Source of the DNA: Fimbriosthenelais zetlandica
Lineage: Eukaryota
Direction of reading: 5' to 3'
Assembly (NCBI GenBank): GCA_977030845.1
Contig: OZ365112.1
Span: 25,482,001-25,546,000, forward strand
Length of the DNA: 64,000 bases
Below are positions 1 through 12,319 of the stretch, piece by piece. The notes below the pieces were generated by a model. It saw nothing but the letters and a program-made list of their open reading frames with translations, was not told where the DNA came from and searched no databases. A program made the position numbers and the translations under genes. Each line of letters begins with the position of its first letter. Position 1 is the first letter of the stretch.

Positions 1-119
1 TATCAAGTAAAACTTCACCTTCTCACTTTTCTCCATCTCCATCCCCATCAGCCACATCAACACTCCTCCTCCCCTACACAACACACCTTCCCTTCCACAA
101 GATCACCCCCTTTACCCCA

Positions 120-514
120 GTTTCCATGGCAACAAAGACATTGAGTCCCGCCAGCTCGGGTGCACCCCCATTCCTCTCTCTCGCTCGGTTCCCCTGGCGC
201 TTTCCCTTACTCCATGCCCCAACTCTCAAAGTTTTGTAAACTTCTCCTCCTCGTAACCTACCTCCCTCATCAGGCTCTGTGACCGTCAGTAACATCCTAT
301 CATTGAACTTTTGTTACTTGGTAACGTCCTATGTAATGTTATGGTTGCTATGGTGGTTTCCAAGACGATGGTACTCAACGTACATCCATGTTGGTCACTG
401 GTTTCCTTGGCAATCGGCTGGACACGCTGGGATTCTACTCCCTTCACCCTTCTCCACTACTACAACAACCCACCCCACAGTCATGTGACACACCGACCCA
501 GTTACCAGGGCAAC
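120..514. promoter_or_regulatory. Cluster of five RFX X-box-like elements
   Basis: GTTTCCATGGCAAC 120-133, GTTACTTGGTAAC 313-325, GTTGCTATGGT 344-354 (reverse complement of ACCATAGCAAC), GTTTCCTTGGCAAT 401-414, GTTACCAGGGCAAC 501-514. All match or nearly match the RFX consensus GTNRCCNNRGYAAC. Confidence 0.6.
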
Positions 515-2416
515 CATCGGTCGTCTGCTACCGCATTCCCAGCTCCACACTGCTGGTTACCAGTAGACAGCCGCCTCAAAAGCCCTCCAGCTCCGACGAT
601 AAACCCAAACTAATGTTTAGAGCTTGATAAACTATTGAGGGAAAGTTCAGGGGAAGTGGGTAAACCCCTCCAGAACAACTCCATAGGTGGAAAAGCAAAT
701 AGATCTAGGTGCTCCTTGAGTGGACTGGGTCGGTCTGGGGGCCAGCTCCCTCCCAACTTCCGTTCATATACCACCAGTATGAATCCCTATTGGGGGAAGG
801 GGAGGAGGGGTGAACAAATTCCAAAAGCTACAGGGGGCCCGAGACCTCCTGGATACCTCCTCGGGTGGTGGGGGCTACAGGCCCTGAAGTTTTGCCCTGA
901 ACGAAAAGAAATGGGACCTTCTTGTTGTTCAGGCCCTTTGGTCAAAGGGCACACGGACCACATATCCTGAAGGGCCTAAACAAGTAATTGTTTGTACACT
1001 CCTTTGTCCAGCCATATGATTGTCCGGTAAAATTACCAGGGAAAGGAGATAAGGGGAGATAAGACAATGTACATTCTGAAATATTAGAAAGCCTGAGATA
1101 TTGTAGACAGCTGTAAGAGATAAAACGGGAGAATATGAAGAAGTATGACTTATTGTGTACGGGTGTCTACTAGGCTGCTGCTGCTGGACTTAATAGGCAT
1201 CCAATGAAGCTTTAAATTCTCATTTGTCACAGCAAATAACCCCTTTCTTCGGTCAGGGAATACAAAGGATTTCTAGTCCCAAAGGAACTACCAAGTGATG
1301 ATTAACGAGTCAAGGGTGGTAGAAGGGAATAAACACTCCAAGTATCAATTAGGAGGTGAAAGTTTTGGGTTGAAGAAATCAGCAAAACTATTCTTAGACA
1401 TGACCCTCTTGCTTGAATACTTTCACAGTGGGGAGAGTAAAGTGCAGCCGACATTTCTAAAGAATGCAGGGAGGCTGGGATGTGTGGTCTTTCATAAGCT
1501 TACATATGATTAAACAATTCCATCTTTGATACGTTCAGACAATTTGTTAATGGGCTGTAATTGCACTAATTGTGAAGTAATACTCAATAGATTTTCCAAT
1601 AATGTTCCGGAAACCTATTAGTGATCCACTACACGACATTCAGAAGTACTCAGATGAAAGGTTGAAGTGTGTAGAAAGATTAGTCGGCAATCATTATGGA
1701 AGGATAGTTTTCCCCTCTGCCCTCTTGAAATGAAAACCACCTTGTTCACACTAACAAGGATTCCTTAACACTTTTAGAGCAGGCTGAACAAATATACACC
1801 AGTCAGAATGACATATTTCAGACTTGAGGCATTCTCCTCACTCAATGACACAGTGGGATGGTTTCCTGTCCCCGCCATACTTGTGGTCGACAATTGGGCA
1901 AAATCTGAAAGGGTGTACCAGGCACAACCCTGAAGGGAGAGCAGACCAAATCGGGCTTATCTTTTGAAGCAATGGTCATGCAAGACAACATGAGTCAGTC
2001 TGCCTCAAATGCTGCTTGAAGTTTAATGATGACCTATGACTTGGTGTGCTTTGACAAGGGGTGCAGTCGAGAAACCCGAGACGAGTAAAAGGCACCCTAT
2101 TTCAATTTTGTATCAATCAATCTACTTGAAAGACCAACAGGGGAATCCCAAGATTTTCCTGATGATAAGTAAGATGATATGGTACAAATAGTATGTCTTA
2201 ATAGAATTATTATAATGTTTTGGCTTAATTTACTTAACTATTACATAGGATATGTAATATATTGATGTAACATGACCTGCCCGGTGCATTACATCTGTTT
2301 TAATGCACTAAAATCCACCTGAATGGAACCATGCACGCAGTGTCACATTCTCTTCCTCTGGAGTAAGTTTGTTGCCTCAACATCCCTGCATCACAGACAA
2401 ACAAACTGTAGTTTGA

Positions 2417-2430
2417 GTTACCATAGCAAC
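2417..2430. promoter_or_regulatory. RFX X-box
   Basis: GTTACCATAGCAAC, a full consensus match, identical to the 14-mer at 6310-6323. Confidence 0.55.
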
Positions 2431-3128
2431 CGACACTTGGATCTTCTAATATGAGGGCCACTTAAGCAGGACAGACAAGAGGTGGAGAAGGGGGCAGAAG
2501 TGGTAATGGCACTGGTGATGGAGCAACCTGGTTCTTCTGGAACAAGGACCTTAAAAAGTGTTGGTATTGGACTGGATTCTTAAAAAGAGTATAGAACTTG
2601 TCATATATTATAGTGAAGTCAAAGCTTTGAGATGAGAATTCAGGATGTTTGCATCACTTTACCAGCAGCTGTACTGTTTCTTCAGGAGCCTCCTATGTCA
2701 TATGAATGAGGTTAGCTTTATGGATTACATTTTCAATATTTTTTAACCTACCTGAGTTAATGCAATAGTTGCCACTCTTGAGACCATGAGGCTCCCCTTG
2801 GTTTGATTCACCAACTGTCATTTCTGATAATGAAGACAACTAATGGGCCATTTACATATTAGAATATGGCCCTATTCGAGAAGTGTCTTTTGGAGAAACC
2901 ATAAACATCCAAGGCAACTACAGTAACTGCTTGAAGGCTCGGAGTTGCAATTTCAATGGAATTCTAAACAATGAGGCAAAAGGAAAACACCATGGGAATA
3001 TGTTTCATTTTTTTCAACCACATTTGGGTCACCCGTTGCCGTGAATTCCTCTCCACAGTCTGGGACCCTTGAAAGTTTTATTGCTCCTGCGAAATGTCAA
3101 ACGACCCTCTTGCGTTGTTGTCTTTCAG

Positions 3129-3161
3129 AGTCACCCAAATTCTGGATGAAACAAAGCAGTT
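3129..3161 (+). other. Candidate 33-nt exon
   Basis: Acceptor ttgcgttgttgtctttcag and donor gtaagt (3162-3167). Two frames are open (VTQILDETKQ or SPKFWMKQSS). No homology recognised. Confidence 0.2.
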
Positions 3162-3222
3162 GTAAGTTGATGACCTCAAAATTCATATCTTTCTATCCCT
3201 TGAAAAAGTTCTTCCTTTCCAG

Positions 3223-3230
3223 GTTCACAG
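3223..3230 (+). other. Candidate 8-nt microexon GTTCACAG
   Basis: Acceptor ttcttcctttccag and donor CAG|gtgaga. It would follow a 61-nt intron after the 3129-3161 candidate. Confidence 0.15.
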
Positions 3231-3454
3231 GTGAGAAGCATTGCCTCGGGTCGTGTTCCCAATGCTTATCTTCACCAAGTGCAAAAAAGACACAAGTCAC
3301 CGGACTGATATGTTCATTTTGAGAAAGAATAAAAAGGTTTAGTAAGGTCTTTTGTTGTTCCACTAACCCACTTCTTCTAGCATGTGGTCTTTCTCGAGGT
3401 ATCTGGAGTTAGGCACATGTGGCTGGCACCCGTATGAAAGGGTTAATAAAGCAC

Positions 3455-3468
3455 GTCTCCATGGCAAC
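3455..3468. promoter_or_regulatory. RFX X-box
   Basis: GTCTCCATGGCAAC. Confidence 0.5.
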
Positions 3469-4890
3469 CGATTCCATAAGTCAAAACTTATGTCGGTTGT
3501 GAGAGGATCAAGTCATGTTCCAAGAGAAAAGTAGCAGATCTAGCTAAGCTGAGACACAGATAGGTGCATGTTAGGTTCCCCAAACAAAACATATTAACAA
3601 AGACACTGCACTCCTTCCCCCCTAAGTTACATCTCCTATGGCGTGTGATGCCTTGGGGTGGTTAGTACGAAAAAACAGAGTCTGACTTGGGAAATATTAG
3701 CGACACATTTAATGCCAGGAAAAGAGCTCCAGTCCTCCAACCTAAACCATGTACGTATATTCAGGCTTCTCAACAGGCGTTTAAAGCTTGTGAAATCATT
3801 CCAATAAGACCTGAGAGTTTGTGAGGTCTCCAGTCAAAAGCATGTGTCTCTTCTAAAATATTTTTCTTTGAAAATAACCATCCACATTTGCTGCTGTCGT
3901 CACCGAACACCCTGAAGTCCTCGGGTCACCCTCGACTCGGCATACACGCCTTGGGAAAACAAAAGACCTCTTGTTCTCTTCAACAATAATCTGTCTGTTC
4001 TGGACTCTTCAGAAGGGTGTTACACTCTGTCGTTTAGATCGCCTGCAACAGGTCCTTTAAATGATGGCTTCCTAGCTTATAAAATATGATTGTCTTGCCT
4101 GTCTATCTCCAGTAGAATATTGCCTGTCGAGCAATCATTCAAGCGATGTCCTACACGTGTGCTTGAATTTCAGCCTGGTAAGATAGGATGACAAAAGATG
4201 ATTAAGCTCCTGTTTTCTTCTCTAGTCACAAAACATATTTGTAACATTTAGCTTTGCTCATGGGATACACATGATAACATCAAAATAGGACAGCGAGCCA
4301 AATTCACCTGTTGCTTTCATTATATACCTGCCTTAATTCTGATGATTAATGATGGTAGTGGAGTCTGAGAGGCTCAGGTAAACACAGGTAAAGCATGTAT
4401 GTATATACATCCACTGAGGTGTTGATTGGAGTTTAAGCAGATAAAGTTTTAATTATCCACGCCTCGCGCTCCCTTATAGCATCCAGGTATCCATGGCACA
4501 GTAAAGTCGCCATGTTCTTGAAGGTCACACTGTCATCACTGAATCAAATCTAGATACTACTTGATTAGTCAAAGGTGGTCCTTCAAATCCGCAGCACCAA
4601 TTGAGGCGTCAAAGGCTTATACCTTTATATAGTATCCAAAGGTAATCCACAAATTGCCTTAAAGTGAAGAGCAACGTTTACCTGATGATGTCAACACTTG
4701 GCATTTGGTTTTGCAAAGTATAATTAGTCTCAAAAGGACATCAAGAGAGCCTTAACAATAGTCCTACAAGAGTCCTAACTGCCCTGAGAGAGGAGTGGGA
4801 ATAAACGAATAAATCTGTGAAGATCATCCATGTATAGAGAAATGCTTTTAACTTTCTCTCTCCTTCACCTTCTCTCCCTATAGTTTCCAG

Positions 4891-4924
4891 GTCAGGAGAG
4901 CAATGAAAGAGGCAATGACTGTTG
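4891..4924 (+). other. Candidate 34-nt exon
   Basis: Long polypyrimidine tract (ctttctctctccttcaccttctctccctatagtttccag) and donor gtaggt at 4925. Reads VRRAMKEAMTV in phase 0. Confidence 0.2.
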
Positions 4925-5069
4925 GTAGGTGTACTTTGAACACCTCCCTAACGATCTCCCCATTTACATACCAACCCCATTAGCTGTCATTACCCCCAAT
5001 ACAGATGGTCGCACACAAATGAGCAAGGTCGTCAGCAAGTCAGTCCGAGGTCAATTTAAAGTTATACTG

Positions 5070-5087
5070 GGGTCAGATCAAAGTTGA
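5070..5087 (+). promoter_or_regulatory. Nuclear-receptor-like composite element (GGGTCA plus DR1-like)
   Basis: GGGTCAGATCAAAGTTGA, 17/18 identical to 33864-33881. Confidence 0.3.
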
Positions 5088-5732
5088 GAGATTTAGGCCA
5101 AATATAGGGTAAGGTAAATCACTGAGGTCCGCCAGCACAATTGAGCTTGTAGATGAAATTGGTGGTTGTAGAAACTCGCCGGTGAGATACCTGAATAGCA
5201 TTAAAGTTCTGAACTGTCTATAGCTGGCTATAGTAAAGGCAATGCACCCATTTTGCATGTCTAAGTAGATGATCTAATGGTAGATACACCGAAAGTCTGC
5301 ATTTAATTGAATTAGAATCCAAGAAAGTTTACAATAGGATTTACAACTTGAGATTGTAAATTCGAGAGTTTTACAACCAGTGATGTTTTTAAATTTCAAA
5401 TAATTTATGTGGTACTCTATGCCTTCAACGGTTTTACACATTTTAAAAGTCATAAAATGGAAAAATGTGTTTTTCCTATTCTTTAGCATGATGACGAGTT
5501 ATGCTAGACCAACCTGGCAATGTATGAGGTAAAAATTCAAAGATGAAAAGAGAGGAACATCTTTTTACAATACTTAAACGCCATAACATTCTGAAAAACA
5601 TATATTCACGAGAGGTTTTCAACGCCTCGGCCATGCCATGAAGAAAGACCAATGGCTTTTAGATTCCCGGCGTTGAACACCTTTTTATAGCCAACCTGGA
5701 TGGGCTAGAAAACTTAGAAATGGAATGGGTTC

Positions 5733-5755
5733 GGGAGAGGGAGGGGAGGGGAGGG
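5733..5755 (+). repeat. (GGGGA)n-like tract, potential G-quadruplex
   Basis: GGGAGAGGGAGGGGAGGGGAGGG has five G-runs of 3 or more with short loops. Confidence 0.6.
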
Positions 5756-6309
5756 ATGAGTCCTTGATGGTTTTCAACCCTGGGGCGACCTGGAGGAGGG
5801 GGTGGTGAGGCAGATGCCATATTCACGTCATCGCTGCATCTCTTTGTTGCTCCTAACTCTCAAACCTAAACACCAAATGCTGGCTCCAGCCTTCAACCTC
5901 AATAAATTATCTCATTCGATTGCCATGTGTTTTCCCTTGGCACCTTCACTTTTTGTCTGAGCTCAGGTGAGGTTTTTGGTGTGAAAAATTTCATAAAAAT
6001 TGCAGGTAATAATGTAACAAACTAGGACACATGGGAACATAAGTCGACACAACTCAAAGCTGACGCGATCATGGAAACATCATCCTGGAAAAGTGTATCC
6101 GATTAGAGGGCTCAAGTGAGGGTGTTCTGATTAGATTAACAGCATTGACTTTGGAGTAAAATGATTTTACTCAACCCAAGGCTAATGTATCCATACTAAT
6201 CATGTTTAGCTTGTTGGTACTTGGGTCACTATTTATTGCTCAGTCTGGCCTGCATTTCTCACCTACAACCACATACTGGCATATACTGATAGGCCAGGTT
6301 ATGATCTAT

Positions 6310-6339
6310 GTTACCATAGCAACGTGTAAAGATGGCGTC
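6310..6339 (+). promoter_or_regulatory. X-box immediately followed by YY1-like motif
   Basis: GTTACCATAGCAAC (6310-6323), a 5-nt gap, then AAGATGGCGTC (6329-6339; YY1 core AAGATGGCG). Confidence 0.5.
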
Positions 6340-6877
6340 GAGGGTCACCAAAGCTGGTCATGACTCCGATCCTAAAGTACAGGGACGCTAATACAAACGT
6401 GAAACTTTCCCCATTCATAGGTTAAAGGCCATTCTGCTCCATCTCAAAAGTGAATTAAAAATTGAAGAAATGGCGTGGTGGTCTCCAAGTGGTAGGATAT
6501 AATAAGGGTGACTTGAATGGGTTCGTCTGGCTAATGACTACCACGTATATATCATCCAGTCGCTCACCATGTGGCTGATGTGAATTGACAATGAATTCAC
6601 TTCAAGGATTCCTTTTGAAATCAGCAAAACGTTCCAAATCACTTAAATAATGATTCAAAGCCACTGCTAATACCATCCAGCCAACGACCAGCAAAGTTTC
6701 AAGAGTTTTTGTACTCATTTTTCTAGAAATGTCTTGAATGCAGATCTTCATTTCGAATGGAAACAAGATGTTCTGTAGTCCAAACATCACGCATTATTAT
6801 CTACAACCGGGAGAATTTGAGATGAGAAACAGAAGACAGAACAACAGAGAGCAATATTCGCCTCTAATACCCATATC

Positions 6878-7060
6878 GCACGTCCCTTATAGCAAAGCAA
6901 CACGGGCCTCACGTGGAAGCAATCATGCCGGGGAAGAGTCCCTTACAGGGAGACCATTCCACTGCAGCGCGCACTGATTTCCTAAGAAAATAGTTCCAGA
7001 CGTCCGAGGGCAGAGGACGTGCTCCAGTTTGCGGCCATTGCAAAGCACTCACCGGAAATG
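6878..7060. promoter_or_regulatory. Enhancer-like cluster of ACGT-core, STAT-like and ETS motifs
   Basis: GCACGT 6878, CACGTG 6910, TTCCTAAGAA 6979, GACGTC 6999, GACGTG 7016, ACCGGAAATG 7051. Confidence 0.35.
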
Positions 7061-10000
7061 CTATATGGGCCTCTCGCACTTGGTGCTCAGTAAAAATATG
7101 AAAATATTGTCATTTCCATTTCAGCTCTTGGGCAACAGTAAGTTTTGTAGTGATGCTATAGAGTAAGAATGGGGTTTGGAAAAGAGGGCAAAAGTAGGTC
7201 GGAAAACCCCCGTCCCAGTGTCTTAAAGGATCTGGCACGGACATATACATGTGATGGGAATGCCATATGAAAGATCTTAATTCGAGTTTCATAAAAAGTC
7301 CCATAATAAGTCTATGGGTGGGCTATAATGAGGTGTAATTCTGCCTATTTGGTGTATATACTTACACCAGAGTAGACTATATACTATCACTGTGGCGTAT
7401 TTGTTTTGAAATACTGCTATCATGAATACTTTGTCTAACCATAAATAAATCTGACAACCATAATGAAAGTAGGCTTATACATTTCTCTTGTCAGTATAAT
7501 CTGTGTACATGTTCTTTTGCTACAACGCATCCATTTCTCATAAAACAAAAAAGGTAGTAAATTTCCTCCCATATATCTGCAGGATAGCCACGAGTTCCTC
7601 CCAATCGAGCTCCAAAGCAAACAAAAAGACCGGCCATATTGTCCTCTTGGTATAATTAAACTACCTCAAGGCTCTTCTCCATTCCACAAAGCGACAGAGG
7701 GGGGAATCTGCTCAGCTTGAAAATTTGCACTTGGCCTGCAGGTATCGGATGTCTTTGATAACGCAGGTCAAATTAAGTGCATTGTCCTTGAGCATTATTG
7801 CTGATAATTGTGATTTAAATGGTCAGTTTCTGCGTGTAAATGACCAATACTGACCAGTGGGCATCGGTGTCATATCAGCAGGAGATTTATTATATGGTCA
7901 GTGAGGAAAACAACAGCCTCCGCACCATTTTGCCTGCGAGCAGAGTCTGGCCTATATGTTTGAATGGAACTGGCAGCGGATGGTCTGAACAAGGCAATTA
8001 TATTTCACAAATCTCTATATCCCATCTACCATAAAGAACTGAATTATTCTTCTGCAGTCTCTGAAAGATGCACGCAACCAACATATAAAACAACTGCGAA
8101 GTCTTAAGATAGTATGTCAAGAATGGTTTGTGAAGTGTCCTCCATCAATAATAAAAAAAAAAAATGAGTACCTTAGACAACTGAAATGCTCTTGAGGCAA
8201 TGGAGTGAGTCTTGAAAATCGGTAGAAATTGAAATTGACAGAAGCAAATTGAGGAAGTTGGTTACGACAGTTGGTTATAGTTATCCCAAAAGCCCATACA
8301 CACCAGATGACGATGTGATTATACATGTCACAATACATGTCAAAGTATACATGTATTATGGACATAAAGCAAGTGGGCCTAAATGGCCAACTCATGCAAA
8401 ACCCAACCCCTTTAATATCCATGATTAAAGAGCGCTAGTGTCCTCTATTGTCCTTGATTTAATCTTGCAGCCCACACCAGTAATTAAGACAATGAGTGAA
8501 ATGAAAAGCAATTTACTCATCTATGTCCCTCACAGTTTCAGTCATAGGCCTCGGAGGCACCTTTTCATAAAAAGCCATGTCATAAAATATGTGGATATGC
8601 AATGCTTTGCACTTCTTCCGTTTCGTTTATAACTTTTCAGAGGATTTTCATTGATTAACATAATAAATTATCTCGTTTTTAAAGTCCCCAAATATCAGTG
8701 CATAGGAATGGGTTGCATTAATAGACCAAATGGGAATGATTTAATGTAGGGGCATTTCAAAGGGAGAAGCCACGCGTGTCTAATGAAAATTGGAGAGAAA
8801 ATCTGTCAAATTGGCCCATGCTCATATATAACAATGCATCATTATATCCCAAATGCCTCGTGGTGCTAAGACCATCAGTCCATAGATTGTACATAATAAC
8901 TACTTTAATATAACAAGTCCAACTTATACTTCATAAAAAATCCACTAACAGGTTTTTGAGAAAAAAAAATATGTTGGATAATCACATTCAAACCATAAGG
9001 AACAAAGGTCTTGAAAGAAAAGAAAATCACATCTAATCACTCATAAATTCCGTTTTTGTCTGTGATTAAACTTTAATGATGCATTTGGATGTGAAGAAAT
9101 GAAAGGGAAGATTGGACTACTTGTGTATACCATCCCCAAAAAAGTATTACAATGTATCATTTCTCAAGAGTATAAGTGTTTGATCAAACACTTGGTTGTG
9201 CACTTCACACTGACATTTCAAGGGCAATGTCGAAAATCCTTTAACCACCTTGTATGCCCACCTGTAATTCAACACCTGAAAATCAACAGCTTGGCCACAG
9301 CTACCTGCCTACTGCTCACTGTATTCATTGGTGTCCGGTTACTCTCTCAATAAGGCACTTGGCAGGGGCTGCAAGACAGGCCATAATGCCTTCCGTCTCA
9401 CTTTGCCAAACGATTGTAGCTTTATGAAGATCGTCTTCGTTTGTATCAAGGCAACTGTGTGTGTAGGGGATAACGGGGGCTCCTGGCCACAAAGCAGTCA
9501 TCACACATATTTCGTGCTTTTTGCAAGAGATGTGTGTATTTTCTAAGATTTATGAAGATGTGCTGGTTTGCGGTGTTTGGACATTGGGGCACATCCCAAG
9601 GATTTGCAAGTCCCGGCGATGGTTCAGCTTTCTCATGGCATTAGGGTGGTGAATGAGACTGGCAGAGGGATGTCAAAGACTCCTAATTTTCTCGTAAAAG
9701 GAGAGGAAAAGATTTGTCCGGAGAATGGAAATCCCGACAATATTCCATCGGTATTGCATTTCATCTCCATATTACATTTACCAAAAGACATATTGCGGGG
9801 TTTTTAAACCAATAATCGAAAACCTTTCTCAACTGCATTAGGAAGAATTGCAAAGGTTTCTTCCTTTTGGAAATATGCAATCTTTTGAAAGGCTGTCAAG
9901 AAATAAAATTAGTTCATCCCAAGGGAGAATGGGTTCAACTGTATGGACATTCTCCTTAGCGAGGTGACAGCCACATAGCTTTGGACATCGTATAGGTATT

Positions 10001-10774
10001 TGAGCCCCATTGACTAAATTCATTTGGGTGTCATTTGAAACCCCCATGTGCCATCTAATTGATTTCAAGGCGTAACGCCCGATTATGGTAATTGAGAATG
10101 GTAATCACCCAGACCCCGCCCATCGCCTGTTATCCAATCATCAGGAGGCTTCAGCAGGGCGGGACCTACAGTGCTTCCTTATCAAAGAACACATCACCTT
10201 CTACAGGCTTGCTACAATATAGATTTCAAACAAGTCTTCATGACCTGTCCAACTGAATATTCTTTAACATGAGCATCAAATAGGGAATCAGGGGCATTCT
10301 CTTGCAATAAATTCAATCCGCCAAAGTGAAATTTGAGCTAGATATTCCAAATAATAGTGTAAAAGGAACATTTTGACGTGAAACAGTCAAAAGAATACCT
10401 TTGTTGCTCTTCATTATCATAAATGCCAGAAAAATGTGGAAGTGAGTATTTTTCTCTATGCAGCAGATTGAGCATTGTTCAATGCACGCATCTCTTTGCC
10501 AAGTTAAGTACGTTCAGGAAATACCCATCGACCTTTCTTTATCCCTCAAAGGCCAATTTTAGCCAAACAGTCGTCAAAGGCAATATATAAAAATTGCTAT
10601 GCAATCCATAACTTGATACTTTTGAAGAGAGTCTTTAATGGAAAATATTCCAATTCAATTCTAGATTGATCTATGGGAGAATTGCTAATATTCAAATGAA
10701 TATTTTAAGCAGAAAAGCTTCCCCTGATGGGACATTTTGAAATGCTGAACGTCTGGGATGTATTCTCTTGGTAG

Positions 10775-10938
10775 GATGCACTGTACCGGCATCAGGGATG
10801 ATGCTGGTCGCTGAGCCCGCCTTAACTGGCCACAAAGCTTACCCCTCCATTGTCACCTTCAACGACTTATTAACGTCTGACGACAATTTGGAGGGAAGCC
10901 TCACTGCCTTCCAAGGATGGACTAACAACCTTGATTGA
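10775..10938 (+). other. Possible short coding-like segment or terminal exon
   Basis: Frame open 10741-10938 with many C-ending codons (..MMLVAEPALTGHKAYPSIVTFNDLLTSDDNLEGSLTAFQGWTNNLD*). Possible acceptor ctcttggtag at 10774. Not recognised. Confidence 0.15.
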
Positions 10939-11779
10939 ACTATTTCTAAATATTTCCCCAAAAGAAATTTTTTTTACTTTATATTTTATATATTAATACT
11001 GAGTATTTAAGTGGTGCAAAAAGGGACATTTTTAAAAATTCAATTCAAATATTTTAATTCAGTATTATGAGAATCCAAATAAAATCATTAATTGATTATA
11101 ATAATTATATTTGACATATTTAGCAGCATAAGTAAAGAAAAACCTTTCAGAAAACCTTTTTGGAAATTCCTTAGAGGGCTGTCAACTTAAGCATTCTAGC
11201 TCATTCTACATTTGCCGAGGCAAATTGTAACACTACGGTTGGCCTCCAGTTATGTTATTTGACGCTTGGTTTTTAGGCTTGCAAGAAATGTGTCACTTTG
11301 GACCCCGGCTCGTAATTTTCCCTAAACGTTCCTTATTGTTTTACGAGGAGAGAAGTTGATGAGGAGGTTTGGAAAGCTGTTGTCAACAATCTGGAGGAAA
11401 GTGTCAGTGAACGAGGCATCAACAGGAGCACATCTCCTGGGGGCCTTCCATAGTCTCTCCCCTCTCTTCCACAATCTCCCACTTCTTCTGCCATCTTGAC
11501 TGCCAGGGTACTTTACTTAATCGAAGCTTAAAAGGTCGAATTGGTCAAGCAGCGTGAAGTCATTTACGGAAGAGTTAGAGTAGTGGATAAAATTACCGAA
11601 GAAAAGACCCAGAAACTGTTGCCCTTGAGGTAGGCAATTGGTATGTCTTGTGATTTAAGCTTTTATCCACCTCGGATACATCAAGTGTGGTATACCTCTG
11701 ATGGCTGTATAGAAAGCCCGGGAGGTGAAGGATTAGGATGCAAAAAGGACACACATTACTTTGACAAGCAGATTCTTAC

Positions 11780-12200
11780 CTCTTCACAGGAAGCCACACT
11801 TGGAGCATACAACTTAACACCTACTCTTACTCCACTTTAACAAACTTAATCCTCAGTTCGGGCCTTAAATAATCCTGTGAAATGAACGGAGTGAATGATA
11901 ATCCATAATCGTAGGGTAGATGATGATGTAGAAGAAGTTAGGATAAGAAGTATGGAGAGGGCAGTGTTTTCTGCCTGACGATGTGTGGAGTCTGTTGCTC
12001 TGTAGCTAGTGGGAGGTGGAGAAAGGGGAAGGTAGTAGGGAACCAGTGAGAGCGTGGCGAGCGGGTGGGCTGGGCTGCACTACGTGTGTGGTCTGTGGTA
12101 ATGGAATAATAGTCTACGACAACTACACTAACGCCGACTACTATACTATACCACTTCGAGGCTGCTCGCTCACTCCAGAACGAGGCTGGATGAGAACGTT
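11780..12200 (-). other. Candidate alternative first exon (5' end approximate)
   Basis: Donor GAG|gtaaga at 11780/11779, CT-rich leader on the minus strand, ATG at 11808 giving MLQVWLPVK plus 2 nt, and a CRE/E-box cluster just upstream. Confidence 0.25.
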
Positions 12201-12245
12201 ATCACGACAACCCCTGCCGCCTCATCTCCGCCGATGATGACGGAC

Positions 12246-12319
12246 CACGTGTGACATATGACGTCAAGATTAGCGACTTTCCTTTGATGAAATGGCGGAG
12301 CAATTGCTAGCAATTACTC
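12246..12319. promoter_or_regulatory. Compact promoter/enhancer motif cluster (E-boxes, full CRE, TCF, YY1-like, palindrome)
   Basis: CACGTG 12246-12251, CATATG 12255-12260, TGACGTCA 12259-12266, CTTTGAT 12282-12288, AAATGGCGG 12290-12298, and a one-mismatch 22-bp palindrome GAGCAATTGCTAGCAATTACTC 12298-12319. Confidence 0.5.

Noticed and set aside
2505-2515. AATGGCACTGG matches the 5' end of miR-183/263-family miRNAs
   Set aside because: The 3' half diverges and no precursor hairpin is evident.
9351-9358. TAAGGCAC equals the miR-124 5' end
   Set aside because: Only 8 nt match and no hairpin is evident.
11345-11452. Plus-strand peptide REVDEEVWKAVVNNLEESVSERGINR, faintly Myb/MADF-like
   Set aside because: It is too short, has a weak GAG acceptor, and no Harbinger transposase or other context lies nearby.
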